63,895 bases of DNA, filler included, from Acetivibrio sp. (GCF_035371925.1; 5 parts of 5 records of this genome joined end to end with filler, not necessarily neighbours in it), one strand, 5' to 3'. Positions 31,101 through 41,923 are shown, numbered from the whole stretch's first letter. Notes: generated from the sequence alone by a model not told the origin. Numbers and translations: made by a program.

Positions 31101-32588
31101 TCACTTATCCTTTGCAATCCATTCAAGTTCTTCGCTTAATTTCTGAATTTCTTTCATAGAATTAAAGACATTCTCAATTTTATCCCTCTGATCCTGCATC
31201 GATGCAGACATTTCTTCAGAGGCCGCCGCATGTTCCTGCGAAATTCCGGCGATGCTTTCCATTTCTCTCTGTATTTGCGAAAACAGAAGAGTGGTATTCT
31301 CTATCATTTTTAATTCTTTGTCGATATAATTGCCAATATCCTTAAATGACTGGTTCATCCTGTCATAGCTTTCACTTACTTTGCTTACAATGGTCTCTCC
31401 TGCTTTGGTTGCTTCGGTTCCGCTATAGACTTTATCCAATACCGCATTTGCTTCGTCCTTTATTTGTGTTATAACCTGATGGATAAGTCCAACTGTTTGG
31501 GTACTCTGTTCTGCAAGCCTTCTAACTTCATCTGCAACAACAGCAAATCCCTTACCTGATTCTCCAGCTCTTGCCGCCTCAATTGCTGCGTTTAAAGCCA
31601 GCATGTTAGTTTGCTCAGCAATCTGCGTAATTCCTTCCAGAAATTCATTTACCTTATCCATACTCTCTTGGAGTTTTAATACTGTAGAATAAGACTCACT
31701 TACCGCAGTATTAATAATATCCATTTGCCGATTCATTTCTCCTATATTTTCCACACCTTCATTTACAATCTGAACAGTTGAAACAGAAACTTTGGCCATT
31801 TCCCTTGAAATTGATGCAGTATCAGCCACAAGTTTATCCGCATCCAGCATCATAACATTAATATTGCTTACACTTTCCGCTTCCTCGCCAATACCTTTTG
31901 TAACCTCTTCTACCGCCAGTGCAACACTATCACTGGATTCCTTAATTATCTGTAAAGTTGTGTTGCAATTTGCTATATCATTGTATAAAGATGCAGTACT
32001 TTTCTTTAACAGATTTATAGTATTCTCCAATTCTTCCAACAACTTTCTAGAACTATTTTCTTTTTCTATTGCATGATGGATTATTTCACTTCCCCATCTA
32101 GTAGCAAAGTATAAAAGCAACACGATAAAATCCATCTTAACCAAATCTGATATAAATTTCTGTATACCCATTGCTCCTACTATTGCCTCAACAATTATAC
32201 AGTATAAATTAAAGCAACCGGCATAAATGATATAATTCTTCTTGTTTAAATACAGGGTCATAGCACATGCGGGTATAACCAATACAAGAATCATCGTATC
32301 TTCTACTACTGAATTGGGTGAAAAATAAACGCTTACCAGCGAAACCATAACCGACAAACACATAATCAGACCTATAATGCCATTATATTTCCTTTTGACA
32401 AAGAAAACTGTTGAAATAATCATCCCAGCTGCAAAAATCAACCCCGAAATACTTTCAACATTAATTACGGAATTTGATGAAGACATAGTCATTCCCAAAA
32501 CAAAGCATACCGCCAAATATGGCCAGAAAATAAATAAAAGAGCTTTATTTACCCTCTTGGCATGGCTCTCTAGCGTAAGTTCCTTCAT
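31101..32588 (-). CDS. Methyl-accepting chemotaxis protein
   Basis: N-terminal TM bundle; [34 protein letters not shown]. Confidence 0.95.
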   Translation of the reverse strand: MKELTLESHAKRVNKALLFIFWPYLAVCFVLGMTMSSSNSVINVESISGLIFAAGMIISTVFFVKRKYNGIIGLIMCLSVMVSLVSVYFSPNSVVEDTMILVLVIPACAMTLYLNKKNYIIYAGCFNLYCIIVEAIVGAMGIQKFISDLVKMDFIVLLLYFATRWGSEIIHHAIEKENSSRKLLEELENTINLLKKSTASLYNDIANCNTTLQIIKESSDSVALAVEEVTKGIGEEAESVSNINVMMLDADKLVADTASISREMAKVSVSTVQIVNEGVENIGEMNRQMDIINTAVSESYSTVLKLQESMDKVNEFLEGITQIAEQTNMLALNAAIEAARAGESGKGFAVVADEVRRLAEQSTQTVGLIHQVITQIKDEANAVLDKVYSGTEATKAGETIVSKVSESYDRMNQSFKDIGNYIDKELKMIENTTLLFSQIQREMESIAGISQEHAAASEEMSASMQDQRDKIENVFNSMKEIQKLSEELEWIAKDK

Positions 32589-32776
32589 ACCCACAACCTA
32601 TCCTTTCTTTGAAATTAGTATAATTGATACACATCGTGCCATTATGAGAAAATTTTTTGTAAAAATTGCCTAGTCCTTGCGTACAGAAATGCCTAAAATA
32701 TGTATTGCTTTAGCTTGTTTATAATTTGACATCGTTATGTAAAACTATATTCGACATCCCTTTTTAAAATCCTCTC

Positions 32777-33928
32777 TCATAAATGAGAGTTGTATGGAGG
32801 AACATATTGCCATGAGCTGTAAAGCTTGCTTCTTAAATTTATATGTAGCTTCTCAAAAGTCTTATCCAGTGCATAAAGTGTTTTTAAAATCTTGTCTTCA
32901 CGGCAATTTTCTCCCATATGCCCGATTCGTATCACCCTGTCCTTCAAAAATCCAAAAGCTCCTGCAATTAATATATTGTGTTCGTTAAGCATCATATTGG
33001 ATATATCGGCAAAAGTTGTCCCTTTCGGTACATAAAAAGTTGTAACAGTATTGGAGAAACCGTTTATAGGATACAATTCCAGCCCGCTGTTTACCAGAGC
33101 AGTTCTTACTGCGTTTGCAATGCTTCTGTGTCTCTCAAGGCGCAGGCTGTCTTCTATGAGCCTGTCAACAGCCACTCTTAGCGCATAAATATCACTAACC
33201 GGCTGAGTATACGGAAACCATCGCTCCTCATACCAGCTTTTCCATACGGACAAGTTGCAGTAATAGCCCGTAATCGGAGTCTTCCTTTTCAATATGGCAT
33301 TCCATGCATCCTGACTTATACTTAAAAAAGTCAGTCCGGGAGGTGCGGAAATGCATTTCTGAGAAGCACCCAGCACAATATCGATATTCCACTCATCCGT
33401 CTCCAAAGGCTCTCCCCCTATAGCTGAAACCGAATCAACAATGGATAAAATCCTATATTTCTTTAGTATTTTGCAAATATCGGCTATAGGATTCGTTATA
33501 CCTGAAGGGGTTTCACAATGTACTAGAGTTGCTGCTTTGAAGTTTCGGTCCTTCTTAAGAAAATCTTCAATCACATTTACATCGACAGCCTGGCGATAGT
33601 CAAATTTCAAATATGTAGCTTCTCCTCCATACATCTTTACATAAGAGCCAAATCCGTTTCCAAATATGCCGTTATCAATGCACAAGACCCTGTCCCCCGG
33701 TTCAATGATTGATGCACAGGAAGCCTCCAAGCCTAAAATTCCTTCCCCTGACATTATAATTACATCATTCTTTGTTCTAAGAAGCTTTTTAAGTCTTTCA
33801 CCTGTTTCCTTGTAAAATTCGAAAAAGCTTTCGTCCACATCGGGATTTATTATTTCCTGCAGCATGGCTCTTCTTACATCTTCATGAACATATGTGGGGC
33901 CCGGAGTCATTATCAATGGTTTATTCAT
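32777..33928 (-). CDS. Class V (alanine-glyoxylate/serine-pyruvate) aminotransferase
   Basis: LIMTPGPT, VHCETPSG, DSVS, GASQKCISAPPG, IRIGHMG. Confidence 0.93.
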   Translation of the reverse strand: MNKPLIMTPGPTYVHEDVRRAMLQEIINPDVDESFFEFYKETGERLKKLLRTKNDVIIMSGEGILGLEASCASIIEPGDRVLCIDNGIFGNGFGSYVKMYGGEATYLKFDYRQAVDVNVIEDFLKKDRNFKAATLVHCETPSGITNPIADICKILKKYRILSIVDSVSAIGGEPLETDEWNIDIVLGASQKCISAPPGLTFLSISQDAWNAILKRKTPITGYYCNLSVWKSWYEERWFPYTQPVSDIYALRVAVDRLIEDSLRLERHRSIANAVRTALVNSGLELYPINGFSNTVTTFYVPKGTTFADISNMMLNEHNILIAGAFGFLKDRVIRIGHMGENCREDKILKTLYALDKTFEKLHINLRSKLYSSWQYVPPYNSHL

Positions 33929-34164
33929 TGCAATCCACCTCTTTTTTCTTTGTATCTTTAAAATCATTGTTTATTCATATTGCATTGTTAATACATACAT
34001 ATATGTATAAAGCGTATCGATACATTTTAAAACTGTATCGATTAGTTTATAGTATTTTAATAGTGTGGAAGATTTTTGTCAATAACCAAATTGAATCAAT
34101 AATAAACCGATAATGCAAAAACCCGGGAACCAATACTTCCCGGGCTTTCCTTAAAACAGGTCAT

Positions 34165-34584
34165 TTATACCGCATTGTGTACAAAAGATACAATTGCCGA
34201 TATCGGTATATCGGTCACCGAACCGACAGTGTATACCGGATATCCGTTCCATCCGCCAGCTGTAACTGCTCCAACTTCACTGGCAGGCTGTATATATCCG
34301 CCATAGCCTTTTCCGTAACCATGACCGCAATCGTACGGATTCTTATAATCATGGCCATAGCCTACATTAAAGTTTGAACATGCATTACCGAGGGAACATG
34401 CCGGAGGAGGACCGATTCTTGTAATGAGACGTACAAAGCATTCGTTTACCGAGAGAATAACTCCGGTAAAACCTGCACCGGATTGTCCTCCGCTTTTTGT
34501 AAATATAGTCACTGTTTCACCAATATACTTTGACAGTAAAGCAGGAAAACTTACGTCTCCATAGCCTCTGATTTCATCAGCCAT
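34165..34584 (-). CDS. Hypothetical Gly/Tyr/Cys-rich protein, probable spore-coat protein
   Basis: Sm-like N-terminal core with a GYG-rich insert; SigK-like promoter upstream. Confidence 0.6.
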   Translation of the reverse strand: MADEIRGYGDVSFPALLSKYIGETVTIFTKSGGQSGAGFTGVILSVNECFVRLITRIGPPPACSLGNACSNFNVGYGHDYKNPYDCGHGYGKGYGGYIQPASEVGAVTAGGWNGYPVYTVGSVTDIPISAIVSFVHNAV

Positions 34585-34630
34585 TCCTGATACCACCTTT
34601 CCATTTTATTTTCAATTGGTTTCTATGATA

Positions 34631-34659
34631 CATATTATGTTAATCTCTTTGCAAAGGTT
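34631..34659 (-). promoter_or_regulatory. Putative SigK promoter
   Basis: Minus strand AACC-N16-CATAATATG fits the mACm-N16-CATAnnnT consensus. Confidence 0.5.
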
Positions 34660-34685
34660 ACATATCAAGGAATCATTATTTCAAA

Positions 34686-35057
34686 TTATCCCTCGGTTAT
34701 ATCACTTATTTCCAAATGTAAGGTGTCATATTCTTCCGGGTTTCTGCTTCTAGCATTAGGATACAAATGAATTTCAAGGCTGACGCTCTTTGCATCTTCC
34801 ATGCTTCTTCCGTCAAGGGAAGCAATTTTATATCCTATAATATTGTAAATATTAAAGGGTATAACTCTCCCTTTTCTGTCTATAAAATCAATTTCTATCT
34901 TTTCTATTTTGGAATCGCCGGGATTGGTCCAATATGGCTTAAATCCGATACTTACAATTCTGCCTTCTGCTCTGTAGGCCGGAATCATAAGTACACATCC
35001 CTTTTTCATCATATTGGTGAGAGCCGATTTCAGTTCTTCTATTTCTCTGTAATTCAT
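34686..35057 (-). CDS. Hypothetical protein
   Basis: ORF with a GGGAGG SD ahead of ATG 35057. Confidence 0.7.
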   Translation of the reverse strand: MNYREIEELKSALTNMMKKGCVLMIPAYRAEGRIVSIGFKPYWTNPGDSKIEKIEIDFIDRKGRVIPFNIYNIIGYKIASLDGRSMEDAKSVSLEIHLYPNARSRNPEEYDTLHLEISDITEG

Positions 35058-35205
35058 ATTGTCTCCTCCCGAAAGCACCTTTACCGGTTTCACAATATAC
35101 TAAATAACAGCATCAATACAACTTCAAGTAAAAAACCGATAATCTAATACATTTTATGTATACCGAACTTCATTTGTTACATCCCAAACAGTAAACAACA
35201 GATAA

Positions 35206-35248
35206 AAAGCCCTGCAAGCATCACTATAAAGTGACTCTGCAGGGCTTT
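35206..35248 (-). terminator. Terminator after proA
   Basis: AAAGCCCTGCA pairs with TGCAGGGCTTT. Confidence 0.7.
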
Positions 35249-35286
35249 GCCAACCCGAAGAATATCCGTGGTGTAGTAAATCCGAT

Positions 35287-36582
35287 TTAAAACGGAAATT
35301 CCTTGTTCATTTTATTGTGCTTAAAGCTCTTGGTCCTCTTGGCATAATCATCTACAATATGGCCGTTGCCAATCAGTTTGTATTTGTAAATCAACAATCC
35401 GTCAAGTCCTACCGGTCCCCTTGCATGAATCTTACTTGTACTGATTCCCACTTCGGCTCCGAATCCATACCGGAATCCGTCACTAAAGCGCGTGGAACAA
35501 TTCCAGAATACGTTGCCCGAATCTACAAGGGACATAAAGCTTGCTGCATTTTGCTTGTTATTTGTGATTATACTGTCGGTATGTCCCGAACCGTAAGTAT
35601 TAATATGATTTATGGCTTCATCCAGATTCTCAACTACCTTTATAGACAGCTTGTAGTCAAGATACTCCGTCTTCCAGTCCTCCTCAGTTGCCGGCGTAAC
35701 AGGTATAATCTTCTGTGTTTCACTGCAACCGGCAAGCTCCACATTTTTTGCATCCAACGCTTTCTTTAGCTCAGGCAAAACCTTTGGTGCAATATTTTTA
35801 TGAACCAGCAATGTCTCCGTTGCATTGCAGACGGCAACATACTGGGTCTTGGAATCCACAACAATTCGAATTGCCATGTCAATGTCGGCATCCTCATCTA
35901 TATAACAATGGCATATTCCGTCTGCGTGACCCATTACAGGAATGTTGGAATTATCCATAATATACCTGACAAATTCATTTGAACCCCTCGGGATAATAAG
36001 GTCAATATATTTGTCCATTTTAAGCATTTCATTTACATCTGCCCTTGTCTCCAAAAGCTTGAGCCAGTTTGAGGGAATTCCAACCTCTTCAGTAGCTTCA
36101 GTAATAATTTGGGCAAGTATCTTATTAGTCTGACTCGCTTCGGAACCGCCTTTTAAGAGAACGCCGTTTCCGCTTTTTAAGCAAAGCGTCGAAATCTGCA
36201 CAAGGGCATCCGGCCTTGACTCAAAAATAATTCCCACTACTCCTATAGGGCATGTAACTTTATAGAGCTCAAGCCCTTCATCAAGCTCAGTGGAAAGAAG
36301 GGTCTTTCCCACCGGGTCCTCCAGCTTTACCAGACTGTTAATGCCATCTATTACATCCGAAATCTTGGCTTCATCAAATTTCAATCTCTTAAGGAGAGGC
36401 TCTGCAAGTTTTTCCTCCTTGCTTCTTTGCAAATCTTCATTGTTTGCCTTTATAATCTCGTCTTTTCTCTCCATTAACAACCTGGCAATATTTTTAAGAG
36501 CTTTGTTCTTCAATTCAGTTCCTGCGGCTGCCAGCCTTATAGAAGCCTCCTTAACCTGAAAGGCCATTTCATTTATACTCAT
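35287..36582 (-). CDS. proA: Gamma-glutamyl phosphate reductase
   Basis: PIGVVGIIFESRP, LIIPRGS, VCNATETLLVH, FRYGFGAEVGIST. Confidence 0.97.
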   Translation of the reverse strand: MSINEMAFQVKEASIRLAAAGTELKNKALKNIARLLMERKDEIIKANNEDLQRSKEEKLAEPLLKRLKFDEAKISDVIDGINSLVKLEDPVGKTLLSTELDEGLELYKVTCPIGVVGIIFESRPDALVQISTLCLKSGNGVLLKGGSEASQTNKILAQIITEATEEVGIPSNWLKLLETRADVNEMLKMDKYIDLIIPRGSNEFVRYIMDNSNIPVMGHADGICHCYIDEDADIDMAIRIVVDSKTQYVAVCNATETLLVHKNIAPKVLPELKKALDAKNVELAGCSETQKIIPVTPATEEDWKTEYLDYKLSIKVVENLDEAINHINTYGSGHTDSIITNNKQNAASFMSLVDSGNVFWNCSTRFSDGFRYGFGAEVGISTSKIHARGPVGLDGLLIYKYKLIGNGHIVDDYAKRTKSFKHNKMNKEFPF

Positions 36583-36641
36583 ATGAATTTCCTCCCATCA
36601 AAACTTAGGTGCTCTTTAATATAAATTGCACTATATATCCA

Positions 36642-37295
36642 TTATAACACAAACATATCCAGCAAACCACTTAAATCCTTAATTACAGCACAATGATTAT
36701 ACTTTGAAAATTCATTCTCTTCTGTCGTGCCTGTAAGAACCGCTACAAAATCCACTCCCGCATTTTCTGCAGTCCTTGCATCTACCGTACTGTCCCCTAC
36801 AAAAAGAACTTCTTCCTTCCCACAGCCAATTTCCGCCATGGCTTTCAAAAGTCCTTCGGGGTCCGGTTTGTGCACTGCAACATCTTCACCGCCGATAATT
36901 ATATCAAAATACTGTAAAAGTCCGTCCCTCTTCAATATATCCTCTATTCTGTACCTGTATTTCGTAGACACAATTCCTGTTTTTACATTTAGGCCCTTTA
37001 GCTTTTTTACAACACATTCGACAGTATCAAATACTTTAGTGCCGTCACACATAACAACATCTGCTCTTTCTTTAAAGTATTGACGAAAAAGCTCGGCATT
37101 GGAATCGGAGGTATCACCGCTTAGCTTCACAAAAGCTTCGGACAGCGTAAGGCCTATTGTTCTGCAAATACTATCCGGTGAAGATTTGGAATAACCCATT
37201 TTTTGCAGTCCATAATTAATACATTCTATAACACCTTTGGATGAATCTGCCAGTGTATAGTCAAAATCAAAGAATACTGCTTTGTATATACTCAT
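36642..37295 (-). CDS. HAD family hydrolase (phosphoglycolate phosphatase-like)
   Basis: FFDFDYTLADS, KPDPEG, FVGDSTVD. Confidence 0.92.
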   Translation of the reverse strand: MSIYKAVFFDFDYTLADSSKGVIECINYGLQKMGYSKSSPDSICRTIGLTLSEAFVKLSGDTSDSNAELFRQYFKERADVVMCDGTKVFDTVECVVKKLKGLNVKTGIVSTKYRYRIEDILKRDGLLQYFDIIIGGEDVAVHKPDPEGLLKAMAEIGCGKEEVLFVGDSTVDARTAENAGVDFVAVLTGTTEENEFSKYNHCAVIKDLSGLLDMFVL

Positions 37296-37403
37296 TATCC
37301 ACCTCAATAAAATCTGGTTTTCTAATGATTATACCAAAGCAAGTATTCTTTATCAATTAAAACATTATCGTAATATTGGCATAGTTTTCCTTATAGCATG
37401 CTA

Positions 37404-39539
37404 TTATATATACTCTTTGGTTTCAGTTGAATCATTGATTTTCCATATGCCGTCAACCTTTATGAGGCTGCACTCTCCGGTTATTCTGTAATTCCTAAAG
37501 TTCGGACCGCTTTCCTTGTTTATTGTATAAACATAACTTACTTTCGCCTGTCCCTCACCTTTTGAAACAACCTTCAGGCTTTCTATGTTATAAGCAAGAT
37601 CATAGGTTGCAAATAAAACTTCCAGATTTTCTTTTGTCTCATCTTTATACAATTCATCGGTCATGCAGCTAAAATATGCGGTAATATCTTCGTTTTCCAG
37701 CGACCTTATTATTTTGTAAACCGCAAAATTCAACTCAAAGTCACTGTCAAACACCAAAGTTTTTCTAGCAATTTTCAAATTATTAAATGAATATTTTGCA
37801 AGCTCCTTCACCCAGTCAGCTATATAGTCGGCCGGAATTGCAGCATTGACATTTTGATTTGAAACTCCATAAGCCATTATTCCCACGACATTACCCTTCA
37901 TGTCAAATACAGGGCCTCCGGAGCTTTCCTTTGAAACCGAAGCCGTTAACTCCATTGCATCGGCCAATCCGGCAATCTTAAATCCCTTTATGCTTCCTTC
38001 TGAGATGATATTTTCAAGCCTGTTTGATTTACCTATTGCCACAACCCTGCTACCTTTGGCCAAAGACGCTTTTGTGCCAATCTTAAGCGTTTTTACTCCT
38101 GTATCAACTGTGGTCTTTAACAGTGCGAAATCCTTTGACTTATCGAATTTTACAATTCCGTCCACATCATATACTTTTCCGTCATTTGCTGTTATTTTAA
38201 CAACCACAGCGTTTTTAACCAAATTATAGTTTGTCGCAAAGAGCCCTGTTCCAACAACAAATCCACTACCCTGAGAAACAATCCTCTTGTTCTCGTCATA
38301 GGCTGTTATCGAAACCACACTTTCACCTAATGTCGCTATCTCCTTTGCACTAAGCTTCGGCTCATTTACCGGAGAATTGCTTGCAACAGGTGAATCTGAC
38401 GGTGTCACCTCGGGTTCCGTAGGCGTTGGTTCCAAAGTTGCTGACGGTTCCGGAGATTTTAACGGTGTAGGTGTAGGCACAGGTGTCGGTTCGGGGTCAG
38501 CCTCTATTTTTTCTATTAATTCAGAAAGCTTCGAAGATTTTGCTTCATCAAGGCTAATATCAATACCTTTCTCTACTGCTTCCATGTAAAGATGATATCT
38601 TCCCATTGACATATCGTTTTCCAAAGCCTTCTCTCTTTCTTCTAAGTCCACAGCCACTGTCTTATGGTGGATAGAACCATTACCCAATTCTTCCATTCCC
38701 TGTTCTATAACTTCTTTCAACTCATTGAGTTTTTGATCCTTTTTCGTTTCGGATTTTTTCTTCTTATCATTTAATGCCATGGAAACAAGCACATAATTCT
38801 CATTATCACTTGAAATGTAGCCTAGTGATTCTGCTTTTTCAAGAATCAGCGCCATGGCAGATTTGATATCTTTTTCTGCAAGTTCAAGGCTTTCCAATAC
38901 CTCTGATGCGTCTTGGTTCATTGCAGTAGCGTTGACAACTTTATGTTTACTATTTACCGTAAATTCAAGGCTTGGATTAATATCAACACTGACATAAGCG
39001 TATTCACTACGTGAACCGTTGCCCATCATGTTGCGGCCAAACAGGAATATCAGCACAAAAGCAGCTGCAACCGATGCTATCCTGGAGAAGTTTCTAATAT
39101 TGCTTATGCGTGAGAAATTCTTTATTTCAGATTTCTTACTGTTTGACACCCGTGAAAAGTCCACTACTCGCGAAAAATCTACTACACGGGAAAAGTCCAC
39201 TACTTTTGACTCCTGTGAAGACTCCTCTCTTACAGTTTCCTTGCTTCCCGATACTCGTGAAAAATTCTTGATGTTATTAATCCGCGAAAAGCCTTTAATA
39301 TTGCTTACCCTTGAAAATCCCTTAATTTGGCGAGTTTTTTGGATTTCTTCTATACGCTTGCTTGAAGGAGAATACCTGTATACTTTACTCTCAGGTTTAT
39401 ACACATCCTCTTCGTCAAAGCTTATAAGTTTGCCTACTACCATACCAGCGCGCTTTTTTATAGCAATCAATCTAGTGTCATCTGTGCGAACAATAGCTCT
39501 GTCCTTCCGTATTTCAACTATTACGCCGATCATTTTCAT
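37404..39539 (-). CDS. rsgI: Orphan anti-sigma-I factor, RsgI9-like (trypsin/S1C-like and NTF2-like ectodomain)
   Basis: RsgI N-domain, TM, VSVDINPSLEF, P/T linker, QGSGFVV..ATNYNLV..SSGGPVF, C-terminal ..GIWKI NTF2-like; no sigI upstream. Confidence 0.9.
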   Translation of the reverse strand: MKMIGVIVEIRKDRAIVRTDDTRLIAIKKRAGMVVGKLISFDEEDVYKPESKVYRYSPSSKRIEEIQKTRQIKGFSRVSNIKGFSRINNIKNFSRVSGSKETVREESSQESKVVDFSRVVDFSRVVDFSRVSNSKKSEIKNFSRISNIRNFSRIASVAAAFVLIFLFGRNMMGNGSRSEYAYVSVDINPSLEFTVNSKHKVVNATAMNQDASEVLESLELAEKDIKSAMALILEKAESLGYISSDNENYVLVSMALNDKKKKSETKKDQKLNELKEVIEQGMEELGNGSIHHKTVAVDLEEREKALENDMSMGRYHLYMEAVEKGIDISLDEAKSSKLSELIEKIEADPEPTPVPTPTPLKSPEPSATLEPTPTEPEVTPSDSPVASNSPVNEPKLSAKEIATLGESVVSITAYDENKRIVSQGSGFVVGTGLFATNYNLVKNAVVVKITANDGKVYDVDGIVKFDKSKDFALLKTTVDTGVKTLKIGTKASLAKGSRVVAIGKSNRLENIISEGSIKGFKIAGLADAMELTASVSKESSGGPVFDMKGNVVGIMAYGVSNQNVNAAIPADYIADWVKELAKYSFNNLKIARKTLVFDSDFELNFAVYKIIRSLENEDITAYFSCMTDELYKDETKENLEVLFATYDLAYNIESLKVVSKGEGQAKVSYVYTINKESGPNFRNYRITGECSLIKVDGIWKINDSTETKEYI

Positions 39540-39905
39540 ATTATATCCCCCACTTACCCCATTTTGGAATATAGTGCCAAACCTTAATACTGCTCGTTAA
39601 GATAATGCATAAGAATCCGGGTCGCTTTAAAGAAAAACATATTCTACTAATTATTTCGGAAAATTTGTCCGATAATATTAGAGTAAAAATGTTTACAATA
39701 AAGGGATATTTATGCCAACCAAGGCCCGGCATTCAATAATAGAGTTCGGATATAGCAAAAAATAAAAGCTCGGGACATCGAGTCCCTTCGCTTTTGCCTC
39801 TTTCATTTCATTCCAAGAGGCCAAATCAAAAAAGCCGCCCAAACTCTCCGTCAGGCGACCTTAAATCAGACTAAAACAATATTTTATTCTCACTTTTAAC
39901 TATCA

Positions 39906-40484
39906 CTATGGCCTTTCTGCCCATTTAAAGCCAAATACACTTCCGCAAATTCCTCCGACCAAATGGGCCAACTGAGAAATGTTGTCTTTAACGAAAATAC
40001 CGTTCATAACCTCTCCTCCCAGATAAATCACAACAACAAGTATGAAGGTTATGGGTATTCTTCCTTTTTCAAAATTGACAAAGGAACTTAGCAAAATAAA
40101 CATAAAAACAACACCGCTTGCTCCTAAAAGGGCCGTATTGGAAAAAAGAAGTATGTTTACAATTCCCGTAACCACAGCCGTTACTGCTATCATAAAAGTA
40201 ATTCTCTTCGAGCCGTATTTTTCTTCAAGCATGGGCCCAAGAAGCAAAATCAGAAGAAAGTTGTTCATATAATGTTCCCAGTTCGCATGTCCCAGTATAT
40301 GTCCAAAAAGCCTCAAATAAAAAAATATATTGAAGGGACTGCTGCGATATACCGAAAACAGCAATGAAGTTGTATATCCATGGGTTAGCTTCTGAAGTAT
40401 CAATGCTCCCAGCGATAAAAGCGTCATTGTGAGTATGACCGGTGAATTATAATGCAAACCCTTGTATCTGCTTTGTAAACTCAC
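39906..40484 (-). CDS. Rhomboid family intramembrane serine protease
   Basis: HILGH..WEHY..N, GASG (Ser), QLAHLVG (His). Confidence 0.92.
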   Translation of the reverse strand: MSLQSRYKGLHYNSPVILTMTLLSLGALILQKLTHGYTTSLLFSVYRSSPFNIFFYLRLFGHILGHANWEHYMNNFLLILLLGPMLEEKYGSKRITFMIAVTAVVTGIVNILLFSNTALLGASGVVFMFILLSSFVNFEKGRIPITFILVVVIYLGGEVMNGIFVKDNISQLAHLVGGICGSVFGFKWAERP

Positions 40485-40504
40485 TTATAAAATTCCTCCC
40501 CTTT

Positions 40505-41923
40505 TCACTCATTATCAAACACTTTTACGGGTCTTAACCTGTTTTCAAAAGTTCCGTCTCCCAATTGTCCAAAATCGTTCTTCCCCCATGCCCATACCGT
40601 TCCGTCATTTTTATATGCTATGGTACACTCCATACCTGCCTGTACTGCTATAACTCCGGTAAGCCCTTCCACCTTTATCGGAACAGTACTTTTCATTGTT
40701 GTTCCGTTTCCTAGCTGTCCAAAATCGTTTTTACCCCATACCCATACAGTTCCGTCAGCTCTCAATGCCACTGTATGGCTGCTTCCGGCATCAACAGCTA
40801 CAACATCCTCAAGCCCTTCAATCTTCTGAGGCTCCAAAATATAATTTGTTGAACCGTTTCCAAGCTCACCGTAGAAGTTTCCTCCCCAAGTCCATACAGT
40901 ACCGTCACTCTTTAATGCTACCGAATGAGTCTGTCCTGCAGCTACCGAAACAATATCGGTAAGGTTTTTGGCTTGATTAGGTTCAAAATAAATATAAGTA
41001 TAAACATTGTGGTGTTGTTGCGCACCATTTCCCAATTGTCCCCAGACGTTTTCCCCCCAGGTCCATACCGTTCCGTCCTCTCTTAATACAACTACATGTC
41101 CTGTCCCGATATCCGCCATTTTTATGTCTCCCAAACCTTTTATTTCCCACGACAAATATTCGGCATCCTTGGAACTGCTTATGGGAGGAAGCGAATGCAG
41201 CCAGACCGTGCCATCATTCTTTATTATGAGGGTACGGGAATAATTCGCCGCCACATATTTAATGTCCGAATGGGTCTCAACTTTAATGGGAGTATTTATG
41301 GTTCTTTCCCTTGTAACAGGATCCCTTTCAGTATATTCTATTAATTGAAGACTGTAATTGTTTCCCCATGCCCATAAAGTACCGTCTTTATCTAGTGCCA
41401 GCGTGTGCTCACTACCTGCCGCCACTGATTTTATTCCGGTAAGACCGTCTATCATAACGGGTTTATCCTCAAAAGGTGTGTCACCGAGTCCCAACTGCCC
41501 CTTCCCGTTGTCACCTAAAACCCATACTGTTCCGTCATTCTTTAAAATCACCGAATGAGCATAACCCGACTGGAACCGAACGATACTACCGTCACTTTTA
41601 TCCACCTCTCCGGGAAGCTTGTCCACAGCTCTTAATAAATACTTTTTCAGCCATGAAAAATCTATTGAATTTATTTCTCCGTCAGCATTTACATCCGCTG
41701 CCTTAATACCTTCGGCGGAAAAATCATCCTTATCCTTTAACTTGAGTATATACTTTTTTATTAACATGAGATCGCGGGAATCTACTTTAGAATCTCCGTC
41801 TACATCGCCCAAAAGCGCGCTTTTACTGCCGGCTGCGAAAATTGAAGCAGCTCCGGATACAGTGACAAAACATAAAATGACAAGCAAGCAAACTATCTTT
41901 TTTAACACACATTTACTCATCAA
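40505..41923 (-). CDS. Cellulosomal protein: N-terminal type I dockerin plus RCC1 beta-propeller
   Basis: Signal peptide; GDVDGDSKVDSRD and ADVNADGEINSID duplicated Ca loops; repeated VAAG..HSVALKSDGTVWTWG.N..G.LG. Confidence 0.93.
   Translation of the reverse strand: MMSKCVLKKIVCLLVILCFVTVSGAASIFAAGSKSALLGDVDGDSKVDSRDLMLIKKYILKLKDKDDFSAEGIKAADVNADGEINSIDFSWLKKYLLRAVDKLPGEVDKSDGSIVRFQSGYAHSVILKNDGTVWVLGDNGKGQLGLGDTPFEDKPVMIDGLTGIKSVAAGSEHTLALDKDGTLWAWGNNYSLQLIEYTERDPVTRERTINTPIKVETHSDIKYVAANYSRTLIIKNDGTVWLHSLPPISSSKDAEYLSWEIKGLGDIKMADIGTGHVVVLREDGTVWTWGENVWGQLGNGAQQHHNVYTYIYFEPNQAKNLTDIVSVAAGQTHSVALKSDGTVWTWGGNFYGELGNGSTNYILEPQKIEGLEDVVAVDAGSSHTVALRADGTVWVWGKNDFGQLGNGTTMKSTVPIKVEGLTGVIAVQAGMECTIAYKNDGTVWAWGKNDFGQLGDGTFENRLRPVKVFDNE

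Noticed and set aside
39019..39600. 193-aa antisense ORF with REKSTT repeats
   Set aside because: Shadow of the rsgI FSR repeats.
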